A stretch of 58,205 nucleotides of DNA, from assembly GCA_018666805.1 (NCBI GenBank), contig JABIXB010000057.1, positions 1 through 58,205 on the forward strand, in the 5' to 3' direction. Made by a program: the position numbers and the translations under genes. Shown here in pieces: positions 48,944 to 58,205 of this stretch (positions are counted from its first letter, which is position 1; every line of letters begins with the position of its first letter). The stretch comes from Rhodospirillaceae bacterium (GTDB lineage: Bacteria; Pseudomonadota; Alphaproteobacteria; UBA828). The notes below the pieces were generated by a model. That model made no database searches. It was not told where the DNA came from and saw only the letters and a list, made by a program, of their open reading frames with translations.

Positions 48944-50216
48944 GCAAGCGGAACGAACAAACGAGAAGGGTTTTGGTACGGTGATTGCGGCGCTTGATGT
49001 TGGCACCTCGAAGGTGACCTGCTTTATCGCGGAGCGGGACAGCCAGGGTGAGTTGGATATAATCGGCATCGGCCAGGACACGGCCGAGGGCCTGAAGGCC
49101 GGCACCGTGATCGACATGGTGGCGGCGGTGACGTCGATCGGCACCGCCATCCGGCGCGCCGAAACCATGGCCGACAAACGCGTCCACAATGTCTTTGTCA
49201 GCGTCTCCGGCGGCGCACCGCAATCGACTTATGCCGATATATCGCTCGACGTCTCCGGGCGCCAGATCGGCAACACCGATATTCAACACGCCTTCGAAAC
49301 CGCCAACGCCGGCAACGCCGTCGAGGGCCGCGAGATCATCCATGCGATCTCGACCGCTTACGACCTCGACGGCAGCCGCGGCATCCGCAACCCGAAAGGC
49401 ATGTACGGCAATCAGCTGCGTGTGCAATTGCATATGGTGGGTGTCGCGCACGGCGCCTTGCGCAACCTGTTGACCTGCATATCGCGCTGCGATTTGGACC
49501 TCGAAGCGCCAGTGATTTCGGCCTACGCCTCCGGCCTCGCCTGCCTGGTCGAGGATGAAAAGGATCTCGGCGTCACGCTTATCGATATGGGCTGCGGCGG
49601 TACCGGCCTCGCCACCTTTGCCGGCGGCGAGCTAGTCTGGACCGCAACGGTGCCGCTCGGCGGCGCCCATGTGACCAACGATATCGCGCACGGCCTGACC
49701 ACACCGATCGCCAGCGCCGAACATATGAAGCGGCTTTACGCCAGCGCCATCGGCGGCCCGGCAGACAACCGCGAAATGATCGAAGTGCCTGAGCTCGGCG
49801 AGCCGGAGCTGCTCTCGGCACGCCAGATTCCACGCTCTCTCCTGACCGGCATCGTGCGCCCGCGCCTCGAGGAGACCTTCGAGCTGATCCGCGATTTCAT
49901 CGATTCCTCAGGTGTCGCCAGCGCCTCGGCGCGGCGCATCGTCCTGACCGGGGGCGCCAGCCAATTGCAGGGCGTTGGCGACCTGGCCAGCGAAATTCTC
50001 GAAAAACAAGTTCGCCTGGCGCGGCCGCTGCCGATCCAGGGCCTCGCCGAATCAGCCGCGGGTCCCTACTACGCGACCTGCGCCGGACTATTGCTTTACG
50101 CCGCTGAGCATTACGACGAACCCCAGATTCGCCGGCCTCAGCGGGAACACCCCATTTCTCAACCTGCCGGGGGCGCGCTGGGGCGCATCGGCCAATGGCT
50201 ACGAGCCAATTTTTAG
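48927..50216 (+). CDS. ftsA: Cell division protein FtsA
   Basis: ALDVGTSKV, GGAHVTNDIA, VLTGGASQL, C-terminal amphipathic RIGQWLRANF. Start uncertain. Confidence 0.95.
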   Translation: MAARHEQAERTNEKGFGTVIAALDVGTSKVTCFIAERDSQGELDIIGIGQDTAEGLKAGTVIDMVAAVTSIGTAIRRAETMADKRVHNVFVSVSGGAPQSTYADISLDVSGRQIGNTDIQHAFETANAGNAVEGREIIHAISTAYDLDGSRGIRNPKGMYGNQLRVQLHMVGVAHGALRNLLTCISRCDLDLEAPVISAYASGLACLVEDEKDLGVTLIDMGCGGTGLATFAGGELVWTATVPLGGAHVTNDIAHGLTTPIASAEHMKRLYASAIGGPADNREMIEVPELGEPELLSARQIPRSLLTGIVRPRLEETFELIRDFIDSSGVASASARRIVLTGGASQLQGVGDLASEILEKQVRLARPLPIQGLAESAAGPYYATCAGLLLYAAEHYDEPQIRRPQREHPISQPAGGALGRIGQWLRANF

Positions 50217-50314
50217 CGAATAGCCCGGCCTTGCGCCTGCATCCCTGGCGCACAAGGACGAAACCAAGGGACCAAGGGATTGACGATAAACAACAAAGTA
50301 CTCTGGAGGACTAA

Positions 50315-52126
50315 ATGAGCATCGACTTCGGACCGCAGCAGTGGGAAGAGACCAAACCTCGCATTACCGTCATTGGCGTGGGTGGCGCCGGCGGCAACGC
50401 TGTCAACAACATGATCAATGGCGGACTGGAGGGCGTCGAATTCGTTGTCGCCAACACCGACGCGCAATCGCTTCAGCAATCCCTTGCTGAACAACGCATT
50501 CAGCTCGGCGTGAATGTCACCCATGGCCTGGGCGCCGGCGCCCGGCCCGATATCGGCCGCGTCGCCGCCGAGGAGGCGCTCGACGATATTCAGCAATATC
50601 TCGAAGCCAACAATATGGTCTTCATCGCCGCCGGTATGGGCGGTGGTACCGGCACCGGTGCTGCGCCCGTGATCGCCCGCCAAGCGCGCGAGCAGGGCAT
50701 TCTCACGGTCGGCGTGGTGACCAAGCCGTTCCAGTTCGAGGGCGTTCAACGCATGCGCCTCGCCGAGGCGGGCCTGCAGGAGTTGCAGCAATATGTCGAC
50801 ACGCTGATCGTCATTCCCAACCAGAACCTGTTCCTCATCGCCAATGAGCAAACCTCGTTCGCAACCGCCTTTAATCTGGCCGATGAAGTGCTTCATGCCG
50901 GCGTTAGGGGGGTGACGGATTTGATGGTGAGCCCGGGCCTGATCAATCTCGATTTCGCCGATATCCGTACCGTGATGGGCGAAATGGGCAAAGCAATGAT
51001 GGGCACCGGCGAAGCCGAGGGCGAAAACCGCGCCATCGAAGCGGCCGAGGCGGCGATCAACAATCCGCTCCTCGACAACGCCTCTATCGAAGGTGCGCGT
51101 GGCGTGCTGATCAACATCACCGGTGGTTCCGATGTCACCCTGATGGAAGTGGATGAAGCGGCTTCACGCATTTGCCAGGAAGTCGACAAGGACGCCAATA
51201 TCATCTTCGGCACCTCGATGTCGGATGAGTTGGAAGGGCATATGCGGGTTGCGGTCATCGCCACCGGCATCGAAGCAGACCTCATGCGTGCGCCTGTGCC
51301 GGAGCATTCCGACAAGGTGCATGTACTCGGCGTCTCCAACCGGAGAAGCGCTGAACGGCCCTCTTCGGGCGCCGTCGGCGAAGCCGAAGCCGAAGCTCCA
51401 GTCATGGCCGCTCCCGGGCCGGTAGAGGCGGTTTCAGAGTTGCCTGATGAAACTGCCGATGCCACCCACGACAACGAAGCGGCGGCGATCTCCGGCATCG
51501 AACAAAACTTCGAGGCGGTCGAAGCAGCGGCACCGCCAGTAGAACCTGTGGCAGAATCGATCGAGACAGCAGAACCTGTCCTGGTCGAGGATTCGCCGCC
51601 TGTGCGCAAGACGGTTTCGGCCAGCACGGCGGGCGGCTTCCATGCCGGCATCGTCAAGCAGAAGAGCAAACCGGAAGCAGTGGCATCCGAGGCTCCAACG
51701 CCAGCACCTACCCTGAGCGCACCCCCCGCGCCCGCCGCCAGCAATAGCTTTGTCGCCAAACCTGCGGTGACGCCAGGCCAAGCCCCCGCAGCCGAACTCG
51801 GCAAGAAAGCTGATGCATTTCGTGTTGCCAGCTTGGAAAATGCCGGTGGCAACACTAAAAAACGCGGTTTGTCGCTGTTTGAACGCATGACCGGAAGCGG
51901 CAAGGGACGGAAAGAATCGGGTAATAAGTCCCCGGCAAAGGCCGAACCCGCCCCTGCGCCTCAGCCAAAACCGGAGAAACGCGCGAGTGCACCGATGAGC
52001 GCACCTGCCGGCAAGGAGCCGACTTTCGAAAATATCCCCCATAACACGCAACAAATACCGGATATTCTATCTACAGAAGAAGATCCATATGAAATTCCGG
52101 CTTTCCTTCGCCGCCAAACGAATTAG
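50315..52126 (+). CDS. ftsZ: Cell division protein FtsZ (long C-terminal linker)
   Basis: [23 protein letters not shown]-terminal [16 protein letters not shown]. Confidence 0.99.
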   Translation: MSIDFGPQQWEETKPRITVIGVGGAGGNAVNNMINGGLEGVEFVVANTDAQSLQQSLAEQRIQLGVNVTHGLGAGARPDIGRVAAEEALDDIQQYLEANNMVFIAAGMGGGTGTGAAPVIARQAREQGILTVGVVTKPFQFEGVQRMRLAEAGLQELQQYVDTLIVIPNQNLFLIANEQTSFATAFNLADEVLHAGVRGVTDLMVSPGLINLDFADIRTVMGEMGKAMMGTGEAEGENRAIEAAEAAINNPLLDNASIEGARGVLINITGGSDVTLMEVDEAASRICQEVDKDANIIFGTSMSDELEGHMRVAVIATGIEADLMRAPVPEHSDKVHVLGVSNRRSAERPSSGAVGEAEAEAPVMAAPGPVEAVSELPDETADATHDNEAAAISGIEQNFEAVEAAAPPVEPVAESIETAEPVLVEDSPPVRKTVSASTAGGFHAGIVKQKSKPEAVASEAPTPAPTLSAPPAPAASNSFVAKPAVTPGQAPAAELGKKADAFRVASLENAGGNTKKRGLSLFERMTGSGKGRKESGNKSPAKAEPAPAPQPKPEKRASAPMSAPAGKEPTFENIPHNTQQIPDILSTEEDPYEIPAFLRRQTN

Positions 52127-52161
52127 CGGCCGGGGCACCGGAAAGACATGAGGAATCCGGC

Positions 52162-52226
52162 GTAACATTTTGTAACAAAGAGTGATTTGAGTGCTTTGGA
52201 GGGGGCTGCTACAACCCCTCCAAAGC
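52162..52226 (+). promoter_or_regulatory. Putative lpxC promoter region
   Basis: GTAACA direct repeat (52162, 52172), TTGAGT-N17-TACAAC (52187-52215), 12-bp inverted repeat (52193-52226). Confidence 0.45.
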
Positions 52227-52350
52227 GATACTCAAGTTGGTTAATTGCGATTCGATTCGCGCGCAGATTTGATTCGCCGGAACAAAATGTGATTGGACCG
52301 ACATGTCATCAGAGGTCGTTGACTATAAAATGGAAAGTTCGATTTTAACC

Positions 52351-53289
52351 ATGAATTTTGAGCGCACGTTAAAGGCACCGATCCACTGTACCGGCACCGG
52401 TCTGCACAGCAATGCCAAAGTATCCTTAACCCTGTTGCCGGCGCCGCCGGGAACCGGCGTGCTGTTTCGCCGCACGGATTTAGGGCCTGAAGCCGAGATT
52501 CAGGCGATCCACGGTAATGTTACTGATTCCCGCCTATGTACGACGATTGGCAACGGTAAAAGCAATGGTGGCGGCGTGTCTGTCAGCACGATCGAACATT
52601 TGATGGCGGCGTTCGCTGGTTGCGGCGTCGAGAATGTGATCGTCGAGTTGGACGGCGCCGAAGTGCCGATCATGGACGGCAGCGCCGCGCCTTTCGTTTT
52701 TTTAATTGAATGCGCCGGCATCGCCGAACAAAATACGCCGCGCCGTGCCATTCAGGTGCTGAAGGAAATTTCGGTCGGCAATGAAGACCGCTGGGCTTCG
52801 ATCACGCCGTCGGATCATTTTTCGCTGCGCTGCGAGATCGCCTATGACAATGGTGCCATCGGCGCGCAATCCTATGATTATGATTCGCGTGACGGTTCCT
52901 TTGCCGACGAGATGAGCCGCGCGCGCACCTTCTGTCTCGAATCCGATGTGGAGGAAATGCGCGCCGCCGGGCTGGCCCTTGGCGGCTCGCTCGACAACGC
53001 CGTGGTGATCGGCGAGCACGGCCTCCTGAATGAGGATGGCCTGCGCTACGACACCGAATTTGCCCGCCATAAGGCGCTCGATTGCATCGGTGACCTCAGC
53101 CTCGCTGGTGCGCCGTTAATGGCACATGTGCACAGCTTCTGCGCCGGCCACGCCATGAATCACCAATTGCTCGGCGCATTGCTCGATGATAGCGATGCCT
53201 GGCGCTGGATCGACATGGATGCGCAAAGCCCGAACCGCCGCAACGCCGCACCCCAAGTGCATCACGCAGCCGCGGCGGCCAGCGCTTAA
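52351..53289 (+). CDS. lpxC: UDP-3-O-acyl-GlcNAc deacetylase
   Basis: GTGLHS, STIEHLMAA, EVPIMDGS, ARTF, GGSLDNA, HKALDCIGD. In-frame alternative starts at 52303 and 52330. Confidence 0.97.
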   Translation: MNFERTLKAPIHCTGTGLHSNAKVSLTLLPAPPGTGVLFRRTDLGPEAEIQAIHGNVTDSRLCTTIGNGKSNGGGVSVSTIEHLMAAFAGCGVENVIVELDGAEVPIMDGSAAPFVFLIECAGIAEQNTPRRAIQVLKEISVGNEDRWASITPSDHFSLRCEIAYDNGAIGAQSYDYDSRDGSFADEMSRARTFCLESDVEEMRAAGLALGGSLDNAVVIGEHGLLNEDGLRYDTEFARHKALDCIGDLSLAGAPLMAHVHSFCAGHAMNHQLLGALLDDSDAWRWIDMDAQSPNRRNAAPQVHHAAAAASA

Positions 53290-53386
53290 TATTTTTCGTC
53301 ACGCCTGCGAAAATCCATGCGACATGCCTGCCATCGCCGGCGGTCCATGATATAGTCGCCTCGATTCTAAAATCGAGCTCGCAAAC

Positions 53387-54214
53387 ATGTCCTTCGCCAC
53401 AATATTCCGCCTCAGGCAGTTTTTCACCATCGGCGTCTGCGCCCTGGCGCTGTTTCTCAGTGCATGCGCTGATGACGAGGAGGGTTATGTCGAGCGCCCC
53501 GTCGAGGAGCTCTATAACGGCGCGATGGATGAGTTACTCGACGAATCCTTTACCGACGCGGCGCGCGGCTTTGATGAGGTAGAGCGCCAGCACCCCTATT
53601 CGGTATGGGCCACTCGGGCGCAAATCATGGCCGCCTATTCCTATTACAGAAATAATGATTACGACGAATCCATCATCTCCGCCGGCCGCTTCATCAAGCT
53701 GCATCCGGGCCACCGCGATGTTGCCTACGCCTATTACTTAAGCGCCGTTTCCTATTACGAGCAAATATCGGATGTCGGGCGCGACCAGAAAATGACGGCG
53801 CTGGCGCTGCAGTCCCTGGAAGAGCTGGTGCGGCGATTCCCGGACACCTCTTATGCGCGCGACGCGCGCCTCAAAATCGACCTCACGCGCGACCATCTCG
53901 CCGGTAAGGAAATGGATATTGGGCGCTATTATTTGACGCGCTTCCATTACGTTGCCGCGGTTAATCGATTTCGCCGCGTGATCGAACGCTATCAGACCAC
54001 CAGCCATGTGCCCGAGGCGTTGCACCGCTTGGTCGAGGCCTATCTGGTGCTTGGCGTGCCGCATGAAGCCCAGGTGGCGGCGGCGGTGCTCGGCCATAAT
54101 TTCCCGGGCAGCGAGTGGTACCTCGATAGTTACGCCCTCCTGGAAGGGGTGAACTTACGCCCGACTGAGGACAAAGGTTCCTGGATCAGTCAGGCCTTCG
54201 ACGCGATCTTCTGA
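53387..54214 (+). CDS. bamD: Outer membrane assembly lipoprotein BamD
   Basis: Lipobox LSAC, EVERQHPYS, RDQ, LAGKEM.IGRYY, EALHRLVE. Confidence 0.95.
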   Translation: MSFATIFRLRQFFTIGVCALALFLSACADDEEGYVERPVEELYNGAMDELLDESFTDAARGFDEVERQHPYSVWATRAQIMAAYSYYRNNDYDESIISAGRFIKLHPGHRDVAYAYYLSAVSYYEQISDVGRDQKMTALALQSLEELVRRFPDTSYARDARLKIDLTRDHLAGKEMDIGRYYLTRFHYVAAVNRFRRVIERYQTTSHVPEALHRLVEAYLVLGVPHEAQVAAAVLGHNFPGSEWYLDSYALLEGVNLRPTEDKGSWISQAFDAIF

Positions 54215-54229
54215 GCGGCGGGCCGGTTC

Positions 54230-58205
<3,976 letters not shown>

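Overview
GC-rich alphaproteobacterial chromosome segment. The gene set and order look Rhodospirillales-like (inference). From left to right it holds: the 3' part of an RTX/choice-of-anchor-L secreted protein with its type I secretion ABC and HlyD genes; a mixed envelope/metabolic block (class II aldolase, two SPOR proteins, LonC-type protease, AlkA, DegT aminotransferase, HpcH aldolase, MarR, LysM protein, a cytochrome c pair, LOG); icd, alaS, recA; DUF3237, mlaC, mlaA, a degenerate EAL protein, an EF-G paralog, a DjlA-like protein, EamA and an amidase; rnpB; and a complete dcw cluster (mraZ to ftsZ) followed by lpxC, bamD, recN and ligA. I saw no tRNA, rRNA, transposase, integrase or cas gene. 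The coding content is mostly ordinary and I cannot claim a demonstrably new system. The best leads are non-coding. (1) The rnpB-mraZ spacer carries a perfect LexA box, two NrdR-like boxes 32 bp apart, a CtrA-like site and four MraZ boxes, hinting at SOS/dNTP input into the division operon. (2) A twice-repeated 37-nt hairpin element shows three compensatory base-pair changes. (3) CtrA boxes sit in front of an orphan sugar aminotransferase and a degenerate EAL protein. (4) GTAACA motifs are shared by the mlaA and lpxC upstream regions. An (x-Glu-Phe)n repeat in the secreted protein is the most unusual coding feature. All motif calls were made by eye, with no database searches.
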